Below are positions 1-14,434 of a stretch of 64,000 nucleotides of DNA, one piece after another. Numbering within the stretch: position 1 is the stretch's first letter; every line of letters begins with the position of its first letter. Source of the DNA: Gnetum montanum (taxonomy: Eukaryota > Plantae > Gnetophyta); assembly GCA_015680685.1 (NCBI GenBank), contig MNCI01002038.1, positions 553,950 through 617,949 on the forward strand, read 5' to 3'. The notes beneath the pieces were generated by a model that was not told where the DNA came from, searched no databases, and worked only from the letters and a program-made list of their open reading frames with translations. Both the position numbers and the translations under genes were made by a program.

Positions 1-3000
1 GTGGTCCAGGGCATACTCAAATGTATCACCATAGGTGGAGAAGTTATCCATGAAGACTTCCATTCCACTATCAATTTAATGCTAAAAAATGCTCAAGACC
101 AAGCATTAGAAGGTTGCACAGGTATTGCACAGACCAAAGGGCATCTTATGATATACAAAAGTTCCCCAAGGACTTGTGAATGTCATTTTTGCTTGATCCT
201 CAAGTGTGATTTAAATTTGGTTATAGCCACTATAACCATCCAGAAAGATATAATAGTAATGCCCAAAAATAGTTTCCAACACTTGGTTCACAAATGATAA
301 TGGAAAATTATCTTTGAACATCATCATGTTCAATGGCTTGAAATCAATACAAACCTACCACTTTCCACCTTTCTTTAGCACAATTATAAGTGGATTAACC
401 CGCTCACTATCTACAATTGGATAGATGAACCCTGCCTTGAGAAGTTATTCAGTTTCCTCTTTGATTATTTGCTTCAATCTGGGATTCAACTACCATTGCA
501 ACTGCCCCTTTGGCTTCATGGCTGGATCGATATAAATGCGATGCTAGCATATCCAAGGACCAATAATTGTGAGTTTAGGATATGACCAAGCAAAGGTTAT
601 TAACCATTTTTTGACCACTTTCAACAACATTCTTTATGACTCAGGATGGCATTGATTATCACTAGCTTGCCATTTTTTAGAAATGCATATTCCATGCTAA
701 TAAGTAGAGTTTTTAACTCTAAGGGATTTTGTTTAAAATTTTCAAGAATTTTCAACTCTCCCCAGTTGGTATCATCAAGTTCATCATCAGAGAGTTGGCT
801 ACGAACTTTCTATAGTTCATCCATGCCTTCAACATAGAGACAAGTTAGGCTCTCTGTAGGTTCCATGCAAAGTATGCTCCTATCATAATCAACTATCATC
901 CACTGGGTGTCCTCTTGTTTTGTGGTTACTACATAGAAGGACTTTTAGATTTCAAATTCATCTACACACTATCTACATTCTTTGATTAATGTGCTTTTGA
1001 TAGACCAAATTTTCTGCACACAATTACACCCAGTATCATTGTACGTGATGCATGAAACTCTCTTCTTCTCGACCTTTCTGAATGCATTTTCCTTAAAAAT
1101 CTTCAGGGATAGATCTCTGATGCCCATTTGTGCATCAATAGTGCTCATCCAAGCCCTTCCCATAAGGATTGAGAAGTCCCATTTGTAACTATCAACCTTG
1201 ATCATCAAAAAATTAGTAGCACATGACCACCAACAAATAGTGGTTACAATGTCCTCCACTAATTCCAAGGGGATAGTGATGGACTGATCTACCAATTCTA
1301 AATAAATGTTACTCTTCTTTAGAGGAGGCAAGTTCCAAGCTATGTATATTTCATGAAAAATTAGATTGACACTAGAACCTAAACTAAGAAGAGCCTTGCA
1401 TGGCTCATTTTTAGCAATCTGTAGGTAAAAGAGAGGACCTCCAAGATCAACTCTTTTCCTGGGAAGATTGCTAGCCTTGATCAAATGAGATACAACATGG
1501 GTTAACATGACTAGGCAGATCTTGGGAGGCATTTGGTTAAAGGGCTCTCAAAAGGAATGGATGCAGAGGATGATGGAGACATAGGATGACCAGCTATATG
1601 AGTCGATGAGGGATTTGTAGGACTATTGGTTCGAAAGAATGGTCATTTACAAGATTTGGTTTCCAAACCACTTGGTTGAGGAACTAGTCATAAGTTAATA
1701 GCCCTAATAGCATTATGTTGCTCTGGCTATGATGGAATTTTGCCTTGCATGGATGGAGCAAGTAGTAATTATGTTGAGGATGGAGGGACATGTGCTAAAG
1801 GATGATGAGGATGATGAGGATATAGGAATTCCCCTCTAGGAGATGAAGAATGAGTTCTATAGTATCTTAGAGGATAGTAGTGATGCTGAAAGGAAGCATG
1901 ACTAGAAGAGTCAAGCAAAGACATGGGTTGTTAAACATAGTAATCAATATGGATTGGTTGCCTGTAAGGGTATTGTTGCCTTGGTGGTGCCATCCCCCAT
2001 GACTATGGGTGCTGCCACTAATGGTATTACTAGTACAGTTGTGGTGGAGCTCCACTTGGAAAATAAGCCTATTGTTGCTGGTGGAACTACCTTGGGTTGT
2101 CTTGAAAATAAGAAAACCTTCTGGGTGCTTACCTTCATGCTAGTCTAGTATTTAGAGCATACACCCCAAATTCCTATAAGTGTGACACAATAGGGCAACA
2201 TCTTTTGGGATGTTCATATTAGCAAATGTCACATCCATCATCATCATCTAATTCTAACTCCACAACCTCTTCTACTATAGCAGCTTTGCCCTTACCCCTT
2301 TGGTAGGCATGTTCAACTTCCTTTCTTTTTCTGCAGTCACGATCACTACTTTGCTCTTTGGATTCTTTTGCAATTTTTAGAGTAGTTTGAAATTCTTCAT
2401 CCAAAGATTCCCACATTTTTTCAACCTTAGATGAAATTTCAAACACAAATTTTTAAATTGGCAAGGTTTTTTGTTGCACCACTTCATCAAATGGTGTCTC
2501 CCCCATATTGTCATAGATTCAAACCTCCCTTTCTCTGATTGAAGAATCCTAGTTATACTCCTCAGTACTTTCCCATTTTCTCAACTTGCCTTCTTCTTTT
2601 GCAACCTACTCAATCAATTTTGAATCTAATGGACTCTTAGTTTTGATAGTCTCCATTGGGCATAGACCCCAAGGGTTCTTCTTATTTCTAATTGGAGCCA
2701 ATCTATGATATGGCAAAGCTACTCCCACTCAAAATAACCATGGCTAGAACATCTATGCAAAAGGGAATAATACCTACCCAATACTACATCCAAAGGTTCA
2801 TGAGTTCCTTGTTGCCAACCTTGGATTTTCTTTCTCAAATTGGACACTCTAGAGTACATCTAATATTTTTCATTGAATAGCTTAAGCATCATACTCCATC
2901 TGTGAATTGATTTTGGCTCCCAGGTGTAGTACCATTATTCTGCTTCTTTGATGAGTGTCCTAGGAGATAGCTTGAGTTTTTTCAAATCACTTTCAATGTT

Positions 3001-3740
3001 CTACAAGGCATAGACATCATGAAAGAGTCGAAGATGGATCTATGGATCTGAGTTATATCCTCCCTTAAATCTAGGATTCGATTTTCTTTCACATACCTAG
3101 TTAGAATTCTAACCACCTCCGTTGTGTTCAGCATGCTTCAAGTTGCCTATAAAGGATCATCATCATTAGGATTTCGATGATGCCTATGATGTCTTCTACT
3201 ACCCCTTCATTCATGGCAAGTTCTACAATCATTGTCTTGTCATTCACCTCCATCATGGTTTCATCCCCTATGGTTTTGATCAAATTTAGAGGAGGAAGAA
3301 GAAGATGTAGATGAAAAGGATGAAGAGGGAGGAGGACTACCACCACCATGGTGTCTACCACCTCCTCTTCGCTTGTCATGACCATGATCATTAGGTTTAT
3401 CATCATCACAATGCTTACTCAGGGGCCCCTACATTGACTCCTACTTTATGAGAACCCCTAGAGGAAGGATCCTCCTTGTTATTTTAGTTCAGTAGGAATA
3501 AGAGGTTAGTGAACTGTTTCCCCTTCATAGCTTCATGGTGCTTCTCCTAGTGCTGATCTATTTTGCATTGTGTTTCAGTGGGATGGTAGTCCCAGTAGTT
3601 ATGGTCATATACAACATATTCATTATGAAGATCTTGAATGCCCAACCTCTTAAGAGTTTGGAGCAGCATCCCAAGAATAGATTAGTTAGGAGGCAACACA
3701 ATGTTGCCCTCCATATCTCTCCACCATAGCTATTTATCCT
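1..3740 (-). mobile_element. Decayed Ty3/gypsy (Athila-type) internal region: gag, protease and RT, running off the window start
   Basis: Minus strand at 1-145 reads MPFGLCNTCATF...MEVFMDNFSTYGDTF (RT core). ORF 969-1532 has the Athila-style protease motif ALLSLGSSVNLI. Gag remnants lie at 2200-3120 (AKEEGKLRKWES; GCDIC..HP..CP). Many stops and frameshifts. Confidence 0.85.
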
Positions 3741-5508
3741 GATGTAGGATGAAGGTGACATCAGGTACAAACTCATCTAGACATCTTATGTTCTTAAAAT
3801 TATTCTAGCACATTGAAATAATTTAATTAAGTTGGATACATAGATTTCTTTGAATGCAAAGATGATGAAATCATGAGACCAGTTAATCATTAAATCAATG
3901 GCATGAGTATATTTTTGGTGAGGCTAATGGAAAGAGTGCAATATATACTTAGTTGGATTATCAATTCCTCTTAATTTGGTTTACACTTTATAAATTGGTG
4001 TATATACAACTATGAGTATAATGAAGACTGTCACAACACAAAAGCATTTGGATGCAAAATTGGGTTACTATGCTGAGAAATTAAAGGTAGAGTTTTAGAT
4101 AAAAAAAATGTGCAGTAATGCAATGAGAAAGTCAAGGGGATAACTTGTGAAAATGGAACTTATATACAAGTTACAATATGCAAGTAAAATGTTGAAAAAC
4201 ACAAAGTTTATTCCTTTGAACAGCTGCAGTAATGGAAATATTTTACATAATATTTTGATATGAATAGGTATAGTGATGCTATCAAATGCATTCATAAAAT
4301 CTAATTGGAAATTATTTAATATAAAACCAAACAATGCAGTAGAATGCTAGAATTTTTAAAATAAAAATCAAAGGTCCAATGCTACATTTTCACAATTATT
4401 AATTTCATCCAAAGGGAGAAACAAAGAGGAAAATTTCATGGTATTATTGCATACAACAAGAATTTAGAACCTAAGCACCACATCTATGGACAACATAGGT
4501 TGTTAATGTGCTCATCAAAATTAGTTCTAAAATTCTAGGGTTCTTGTTGGATGCCCACATTGTACCCTTACCATTCTCACCTAAACCTAGTTCGTATGGG
4601 TAGGCCCTAAGCAAGCAAGCATCATGAAAAGTGTCTTTGCTTAAACAGGGTTGAAACCCTAATCTTCATTATGCCAAGCATCTACAACAAATAAAAAAAT
4701 CACAAGAATGGTTTGTTGTACTTTGGAGTTAAAAAAGAAACTCCTTATCTAGAAATAAAAATAAGGCAAAAACACCATGGACATCCTCATGCTATGCTCA
4801 TGATTCCTCATCAAAACATGATTTCAAATCACATAGAAAATGGCAAGCAATAACAGGGTATCAAAGTACTGACATTATCAACACCCTCATTGCAACTTCA
4901 TGGTGGTAACAAAAGTAATTCTATGGGCTTGAAGAAATTCTATTATTTTTGTTCTATGAGATTTGACAGGCAAACATAAGGTTCGTTGCTAAGATGCAGT
5001 AGAGAAGGCAACCATGGATATGGTATGATTAGATCAATGTTGCCATGGAAGGAGCTCATCCACCGATGAGAAACTAAGCAATAGTAATGCGATTTCTTCT
5101 CCATCGTTGCTAATGCATATCTAGATGGAAAATCTACAACTACTGACATAGAGATGGGCCTGTGAGACTCCAACAACTTAGGATTCGAGCGCACAGATGG
5201 CAAAAGGGATGGCATAAGAAACAGCCAAGATGAATAGGAAGCGACCAACAACAACGCTACAATGTAAAGCCAAGAATGTATAGCTTCTGGCATGAAAGCC
5301 ATGAGGATTGTGAAGGCCTCCATAGGGTTACACATCAAAACGATGTAGCAATACATGAAGTCCAAAGGCCACATAACCTTATTCTTTAAAAAACATTATT
5401 CGCGTTACCATATACATGGCCATTTTTTAACATTGAAAGGAGGTTTTCTTTAATTTAAGAAATGAATTCATGAATTATGATTTTATTTTCTAAGGGGATT
5501 TAAGAATT

Positions 5509-5531
5509 TATATATATATATATATATATAT
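5509..5531. repeat. (TA)n microsatellite
   Basis: Directly visible TA run. Confidence 0.95.
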
Positions 5532-5585
5532 AATTCTTTATGGAAGTTAAAATATTCCCTTAAAATATGTAACGTTATAATTACT

Positions 5586-7052
5586 CATAGGACACTTACC
5601 CACCATGGCATGTATTCCTCAAATTTCTGTAACTTCCTATGGTTATTGTCTTGATATTTGTTGCCAATAGGACACTTGGCAATCATAGCTCAAATTTCTA
5701 CTAACTTCTTATGGAAGTTATAACTTCTAGGGTAATTATAAATTAATTCCTTGGATATTTTTGCAACCGTTAACTTTTCATGTGTATTGTAACTACCCAA
5801 AGCCACTATAAAAAGGCTTCAAAGGTAGAGTGAAAAGGAAGGGAATTGGATGGAGTAACTTTGAAGCAACTTGAAGATTGTGAAATCATGGCTTGCTAAA
5901 GACATCAATTCAACTTCTTTGTTTTAATCTTGTGAGTTCATTTCTTCCCATTCTGTTTTAGTTGGTTAGCTAATAGTTTAGGTATTATCGTACTTGGCAT
6001 TTAATTTTGAGATTTTTCCTAGGTTGCTTTTATAGCTCTGTTTTTGTGCAACATTGTACTTCTATTAAGATTTGTCATAGAAGAGCTTATGTTGTAGAAA
6101 AGCCTTAAGAGAAATTTGATAGTAATGTCTTAATGAAATTACCTGTTTTGAGCATAGAGAATCTAGAAAAATCTTCGGTATTTTGAGATGACTGAAATAG
6201 CTTCATTATTTTAAAGTATATTTCTTGGGTATCTCAATCCAAAAATTGTCAAATGTTTTAAAGGCTTTGTTGAATGCAATCTTTGAAAGCTATTTACCAA
6301 GCTAAAATAGAGACTCATACTTTGTCATTTACGCAACATTTTTGGTAGTATAATAAGATTATCTTTAAAAAATTTCTTGTTAAGCTCAAAAGGTTTGGAC
6401 AATTTGTAGTTAGATTGAATTCGAATAGCTTTATTGTGAAGTGTTTCCTCATGTCAATTTATCTTACTTAAATATTTGAGATTTTACACAAATCTACTTT
6501 CTTTTCTTTCTCTTTCTAAGTCCATTTTATCTTGTTCTAGTTTTAGTTTTCTTGTGAAATTTTCTCTTTGGGGGAAATTAGGAGTAGATTGGAAAAATTA
6601 TGCTCAAACATTTTTGCAAAATCTTATTTGTTACAAATAACATACTATAGGGACTATATAGACTAAGTGATTTAACAAAATAGAAGCCTTCAACAACTCA
6701 CAGTATTTGACAAAGTTAGTTGAATTTCTTTTATGATAGCCAATTACAATTTCATACACAACCCAACCATTTCAACATTCACAATAGCAAACACATACTC
6801 ACATTTAGAATGTTTTATAACTATTGAGTCTATTTGGAGGTATCTAGGCCTTGGTGTTACTAGAGACCAGCAAGCACCTAAACCCTATTTGAAGAACACC
6901 TTTGATCCCATGACCCCCAAAGTCACGAGGCTCGAAGGCCACCCAACATTGGTGGTCTAGTCCCAAATGGTTGCTAATAATTCTTTTGATGCTAGAAGGG
7001 CTGAAAATTTGTCCTCTATGTTCATAAGTCTGATAGTGCTAACACACCAATA
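5586..7052 (+). repeat. 5' LTR (shared portion) of a Tat-type gypsy element; may extend upstream to ~3743
   Basis: 5586-~6909 is a diverged direct repeat of 12144-~13465. A degenerate PBS-like TGTTGCTAGAAGGG follows at ~7062, then gag. The upstream boundary is uncertain (TGTAGG at 3743). Confidence 0.7.
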
Positions 7053-7335
7053 CTTCTTTTTTGTTGCTAGAAGGGTTTAGTAAATTAGATACTATTTTTA
7101 GTTCATGGTCAAACAGATTGATAGTTTGTAAGATTTCAAAGGTTCAAAAGAAATTCTTGATTATAAGACTAATTATTCATCAAAAGAAGAACAGAAGAAG
7201 GTTCTTAAGTTTGGAACAAGTAGTGGAGTAAAGACTAGAAGGATAAGAAGATCATCCCTTGTGTCTGGTTTATTAGTCTATAGGAGAAGAACAAAGAAGT
7301 ATAAAAGTTTAACAATTAAAAGGAATTATAATAGG

Positions 7336-10300
7336 ATGGCAAATCCTTGGTAAAAATTACATCATTAGGATTTCAAAACTACAATGATATTCCTAAGGTA
7401 GTTTACGAATATTTTCCTGAACCTTTTATTCATGGAAAAGCTTACTTAGTTGAAAAATACCTTCACATATTTGAGTTAGCTTTGGCTCATGCAAATATTC
7501 AACATCAAGATCAAGCTTGTAGATTGTTTGTAGTGAATTTAAAGGATATGGCTCAAATTTGGTATTCAAATTTGCCAAGTAATAGTATCACAAGTTGGGA
7601 TGATATGAAAAGTCTATTCCTATTCCATTTTAGTAATCAATTGGATCAACAACAACGATACTATGGGTTAGTACAAGGTAAGGAAGGAGTTAAAGAGTCA
7701 ATTAGAGACTTCAACATTAAGTTTCAACAAATTTGTGGAGTCTTTCAAAGACAATATGGACCATCATATGAAGTGCTTAGAGATACTTATCTTAAGGTTG
7801 TGAATCCCAATATTTCAATTTGGTTAAGAAGAACTCCAAACTTGATAACATTGAATGACTACTTTAGTGAGGCTATACAATTAAAAAAATAGTTGAACTT
7901 GAGCCATGAAGCAATTATCACAACTAAAAAAAGAGAAGAGAAAATGATGATTCCTATGCAAGATTTTGCTCAACTTAAAGCATTACTAGGACCATCTTGT
8001 ATTAAGACAGAGCAAGAGTTAGAAAGCAAAGATTCTAAAAAATGAGAGTTAATGAGAGACTTGTCCAACAAAGTACTGAAGCAAGAAAAAGCTTTAGCAA
8101 AAGTTAAAATTAATGAAGAAAAGAAAAATAGAAAACATAAACATCAAGATACTAAGTTAGCAGAAGATGAGGACAAATGTGATCTTATCATGTCATCCTT
8201 CCTTGATATTGAATTTGATGATGAGCTATCTAGTGTTCATTATGGAATCAAATCTTCTAACAATGGATCTAGTGATACTTCTTCTATATCAAGTTCTAAA
8301 GAAGATATATCATCAGATGAAGAGTGTAACAACAATGATGAAAATGGATATAATCTGCAATCAAAAGAAAGATTAACTACTTCTAAGCCTTTAAATGTCA
8401 TTTCTGACTTATCTACTGAGAGAAAGATTTTTGAATCAAGTAGAGGAGAGAAGAATAAAAGTAAAGAAGATCAAGTAGAGCAATGTACTCAGAATCAAAC
8501 TCTTAATAAATGGATGAAGAAACTAGGCTTTTATGGAGATGGAGAATATGATTTAATTCAATATCTTAAACATGTTAGGGCAAATATTAGTATATATTAT
8601 TTACTATAGATATGAGGTCAACAAAGAAAAGCTTTAGAGTTCATTAAAGGTAAGAAAAGAGTTGAAGAGTCAGAATTAAGTTATGTGTCCAATAATGACA
8701 AATTAACAAAGGCTAGCTATGATTGTACTCTTGATAAGGAAGATCCTCCTTTTCTTTTGATAATGAAGTTAAAGAACAAGTATCTTCACAATTGTTTGGT
8801 TGATTCCAGAGGTACATCTACTATTATGGCATTGTCTATAGGCAAAAAACTTGGTTTGATTCCCGAAAGATCAAATAAAGGATTGTTCAAGTGGATAAGA
8901 GTAGAGTGAAAATCATGGATCAATTACCAAATGTTCTATTAGAAATTTCTTCTAAACCTTGTATCAAAAGTAGAGTAACTATTCAAGTAGCAGCTATACT
9001 AGACTCACATAATCTTTTGTTGAGTAGAAGTTAGAGTGAAATTTCTCAAGTTAAGAAGAACTAAATCAAATATATATACAATGAACCTTTGATAAATTAA
9101 AACATTACTTCAAATGGAAAGAATAAAGTTGTTGAAACAAGAGCTTTTGAAACCAGAATTTGCACACTTCGGGAAGTTTATAATTTTGGAAAAAGAAGAA
9201 TTTCAAGATCAAAGAAAATGAAAACTATACTTTGATAATTTTTTTAATTCCAAAGGTGCAGGAGTTGGAGTAGTTCTAGTAAAAGATGATTTCACAAAAA
9301 TATTCAAGGTGATTCATTTATCTTTTCCTTGTACTAACAAAAAGGCTGAATATGAAGCTCATAATATTGGAATTAAAACAACATTGGAAAAAGAAATCAA
9401 GGTAATCACTATAAAAGAAGACTCAAGATTAGTCTATGAATAGATTAAAGGTAATTGTGTTGTAAAGAACTCATTCTTGTGATTCTATAAACAACTTGTC
9501 TACAAAATTCTAGATCAATTTCATCACTACCAAATAGAACATATAGGTAGAGAAGATAATTATATAGCAGATGACTTAGCAAAAGCAACTTCATCATTAA
9601 ATGTAAAAAGGATAGAAACTTATGAAGGTCTAATGATTGAGAATGAACATCAACCATAAATACCAAATAACATAAAGCATTTACAAGTATTTAAAGATGA
9701 TGATCAATTGCTTAGATTCTTAAGGAAAAAACAAGAATTTGAAGGTCAAATCATACATGAAATAGCATCAAGGTTTAAGACAAATTCCATTCCCAAAAGG
9801 ATCATTGAATATGAACATGAGTTTAGAAAAAATTTGCTTACTAAAAATGATATACAAAATCCAAATAATCAAGCTTATGAAGCAATGAATTTCAGATCTA
9901 CTGGGATACCAAAGATGTTAAATGTCACAAAGGAAAAATATTTAGTTTTCAAGAAAAATTTATTATTGCTCCTAAAAAATAATTTGGAAATTTTTGCTTG
10001 GTCCTATGATGATCTTAAAAATTTTAGACCAAATGTGATGACACATAAAATTCCTTTGATAAACAATTGTAAGGTAGTTAAAAAAATAAAGGAAATTTAA
10101 TCCATCATTTGAACCAGCTTTGGAAGCTGAGATCAAGAAGTTATTAAAAGCTTGAATCATATATCCTACCCGATATTCGACATGGCTTGCTAACCTTATG
10201 CGAGTAAGAAAAAATAATGGTGATATTAGGTTTTGTGTGGATTTTATAAATTTAAATGAAGCTTAGAAAAAGACAACTAACCACTTCCTAGAATTGATGA

Positions 10301-12142
10301 AATGTTGATCAAAGTATTAGGTTGTCAAGTATATTCTTTCTTAGATGGTTTTTTAGGATATAATCAAATCATGGTAGATAAGAGTGATAAATAGAGGATG
10401 ACATTTATCACTAAATGAGGAACTTTCACTTACCAAAGAATGCCATTTGGATCATCAAATGTCGAAGCTACTTTTCAAAGAGCAATGGATTTAACATTTA
10501 AAGGTTTAATAGGCAAGTTCATTGTGGTTTATTTGGATGATATCATTGTCTTCTCAAAAAGGAAGGAAGATCATATTGGTCATCTTCAACAAGTTTTTAA
10601 TAGATGTCATGAGTATGATATTTCATTAAATCCTAAGAAATGTATCTTTGGGGTTAAATTTGGAAGTTTACTAGGTCATGTAATCTATCAAAGAGGAATT
10701 GCTATAGATAAGTCTCAAATTCAAGTAGTACAAAATATCAAACATCCCACAAGTAAAAAGTCTCTTAGATCTTTCTTTGGAAAGATAAATTTTGTTAAGA
10801 AATTTATCATTAGATTCACTAAAATTACTAAACCTTTGATGCATATGTTAAAGAAACATGTTCTAGTAGAGAAATCACCATAATCGATCAAAAATTAAGA
10901 AAGCCGTTCAAGAAGCTCCTTACTTGGTAAAGCCAAAATGGAAAGAAGGCTTCTAGTTATATGCCTTTGCTTTAAATGATTCAATTACTACTATTTTAAC
11001 TCAAAAAGATGAAGGTTAAGATGAACCAATCAGATTTTTTGGATATTAATTGAAAGGTTCAGAATTAAATTATTTAGACTTAGAGAAACAAGCATTCACA
11101 GTTATTAAGGCACTTCAACATTTCAAGTATTATTTGGAAAGCTCATTAGTTCATATTATGCTAATTGAGCCTACATTAAAAATTCTTAGCCCAAAATGAA
11201 ATTGGATTAAAGAGAGGAAAGTGGCTCATAAAGCTTCAAGGTTTCACATTTTTATTGGAAATATGCAAAACCATAAAAGGAATAGAATTAGCCAAGTTAA
11301 TGGCTAAAGAAGATGAAGTATATGTGCTTAAGACTCATGAAGGAAATTGGTATGAAGACATTCTAGAATTCCTTGATACATGAAAGGTTCCTAATAACAC
11401 AACTGTAAGTCAAAAGAGAGCTTTCTTCAAGAAAGCAAACAAATTTGTGGTCAAAGATGGAATCTTATACAAAAATGATTTTAGAAGGATTTTGTTGGAA
11501 TGTGTTTATTATGATCAAATTGGTCCCATCTTCAAATATTTCCATAATCATTCTAATTTGTTCTATGAATATCCTAAGTCTACCATGCAACATATACTAC
11601 GCCCTAGTTATTATTGGCCGAGTATGTATCAAGACATTATTTTGAAAATTCAAAGATGTTACAAATGTCAAATTCATGGATCAAAAATTAAAAAAGCTAA
11701 AGCCCCCTTAAAACTAGTAATTGTGGATAGACCATTTTAGCAATGGGACTTAGATTTCATTGGTACAATTTCTCCTTCAAGAGTAGGACATAAATTTATT
11801 CTCACAGCTACTAATTACTTTACTAAATGGTCTAAAGAAAAGGTTCTAAGAAAAAGTTTAGCATCAGATATGATTAAGTTCTTACAAGATTAAATTTTAA
11901 GTCATTTTGTTTTACCTAAAGTGTTGGTATCTGATAATGGACCCACTCTTCAATTTGAAGAATTTACAACATGGGCATCAAAAAAATCCATCTTTCTATT
12001 TTTCTTGTTGAATGATTATCCTCAATATAATGGCTCTATTGAATCTATAAATAAAAAGCTTATTTCCTACATTAAAAATTCAATGGATGAAAATCCAAGA
12101 AATTGGATTGATTACTTGCAATCTACATTATGCATTGATTAG
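7336..12142 (+). mobile_element. Decayed Tat-type Ty3/gypsy polyprotein: gag-PR-aRH-RT-RH-INT, integrase C-terminus missing
   Basis: Gag 7347-7892 (CRLFVVNLKDMAQIWYSNLPSNSITSW); protease LHNCLVDSRG (~8785); archaeal-type RNase H ~9219-9585 (KLYFD, GAGVGVVL, CTNKKAEYEA, EDSRLV, DNYIADDLAK); RT MPFGSSN...VVYLDD (10440-10883); integrase YYWPSM, WDLDFIG, VSDNG (11345-12142). Confidence 0.88.
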
Positions 12143-12143
12143 T

Positions 12144-13465
12144 CATAGGACACTTGCCCATCATGGCATATATTCCTCAAATTTTTGTAACTTCCTATGG
12201 TTATCCCCTTGATATTTGTTGTCAATAGAACACTTGGCAGTCATAGTTCAAATTTCTACTAACTTCTTATAGAAGTTATAACTTCTAGGGTAGTTATAAA
12301 TTAATCCCCTAGATATTTGTAAAACCCTTAACTTTTCATGATTATTGTAATTACCTAAAGCCACTATAAAAAGGCTTCAAAGGTAGAGTGAAAAGGAAGG
12401 AAATTGGATGAAGTAACTTTGAAGCAACTTGATGATTGTGAAAGCATGGCTTGCTAAAGACATCAATTTAGCTTCTTTGTTTTAATCTTGTGAGTTCATT
12501 TCTTCCCATTTTGTTTTAGTTGCTTAGCTAATAGTTTAGGCAGTATCATGCTTGGCATTTAATTTTGGGATTTTTCCTAGGTTGCTTTTATAGCTTTATT
12601 TTTGTGCAATATTAGACTCCTATTAAGCTTTGCCATAGAAGAGCTTATGTTGTAGAAAAGCCTCAAGAGCAATTTAATAGCAATGTCTTAACCAAATTGC
12701 CTATTTTGAGCATAGAGAATCTAGCAAAATCTTTGATGTTTTGAAACGACTAAAATAGCTCACTATTTTAAAGTTCATTGCTCAGGTATGTCAATTCAGA
12801 AATTGTCAAATTTTTTAAAGGCTCCATTAAATGTAATCATTGACAGCTATTGACTAGCCAAAATAGAGACTTGTACTTTGTTGTTTATGTAGCATTTTTG
12901 GTAGTATAATAAGATTGTCTTTATGAAATTACTTGTTAAGCTCAAAAGGTTTGGACAATTCGTAGTTAGATTAAACTCAAATGACTTTATTGTAAAGTGT
13001 TTTCTCATGTCAATTTATCTTGCTTAAATATTTGAGATTTTATACAAATTTATTTTTTTTTTCCTTTCTCTTTCTAAGTCTATTGAATCTTGCTCTATTT
13101 CTAATTTTCTTATGGAATTCTCTTTGGGGGAAATTAGGAGTATATTGGCAGAATTATGCTCAAACGTTTTTGCAAAATCTCATTTGTTACAAGTAACGTA
13201 CTATAGGGACTATATAGACTAAGTTATTTGACAAAATAGGAACCTTCAACAACTCATAGTATTTGACAAAGTTAGCTAAATTTCTTTTATGATAGCCAAT
13301 TATAGTTTCATACACTACCCAACCATTTCAACATTGACAACAACAAACACATACTCACATTTAGTACATTTCATAACTACTGAGTCTATTTGGAGGTATC
13401 TAGGCCTTAGTGTTGCTAGAGACCACCAAGCACCTAAACCTTGTTTGAAGAACACCTTTAATCCC
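12144..13465 (+). repeat. Truncated 3' LTR of the Tat element
   Basis: Direct repeat of 5586-6909. It starts abruptly after the integrase core with no PPT and ends where L1 sequence begins. Confidence 0.8.
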
Positions 13466-14434
13466 TAGCCAATAGTTATATTTCTTACTAAAATTAAAGA
13501 TGAAATATTTAACTTGATTAATGCTAAAGCTCTAGGTTTTGATGAAATGTCCATTAATTTTTTTTAAAAGTCATTGGTATGTTGTTGGTAGAGACCTTTA
13601 TTGCATTTTTGTAAAAGCTATTAAACAATGGACTCTTGCTCAAGAGTTGAATAGAGTAGTCATTTGACTTATTCCTAAGGAAGTTGATCTTTTTTGCATT
13701 GGTAATTGATGCCCTATTACTCTTTTAAATTCTATTTTTTAAATTTTGACTAAATGTCTTCCTATAGGATTAAAACCAATTATTCCTTAATTAATTACTC
13801 AAGTGCAATATGCCTTTGTCAAAGGTAGATATATTCTAGATAATGTTGTTGCAGTTTGGAAGGGTATGTAGTGGGCTAAGTATTTCAATCAAGACATTGC
13901 TTGTTGAAGCTTGATTATGCTAATGTATATGATAAAACTGAATGGCAGTTTATTATTGCTTGTCTTTGCTACTATGATTTTAAAGAAAAATTTATTGGGA
14001 TGGTGGAGACTATTTTTGCATATAATAATGCACTTGTGGCTACAAATATTGGCATTACTAATATTTTTAAGCTTGAACACTCAATTAGATAAGGTTACCC
14101 TTTTATGTCTTATCTCTTCATCCTTATAGTAGATTTTTTATGTCATGATATAGAAAAGGACCAAGAACATAATTTTCTACAAGGCATCTTTGTTGAAAAT
14201 AATGTTCCTACTTTATTAAATATGCATGTTATAGATGAATCTTTTTAATGATAAAAATTGACAAAGTTATTTCACATTGTCTTTTTTATCATATTAATCA
14301 ATATTGCAGACTTTCAAGATCTCAAATTAATTTGTACAAATTTTCCATCTTTTGCAATAAAAAGGTTCAGAAATGGGCTTTATCCAAATCTTAGCATTCT
14401 ATGGAAAAGTTAGATGTTATTCAAATTCTATAGA

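Noticed and set aside
4943-5374. 143-aa minus-strand ORF
   Set aside because: No recognisable domain; lies in probable LTR sequence.
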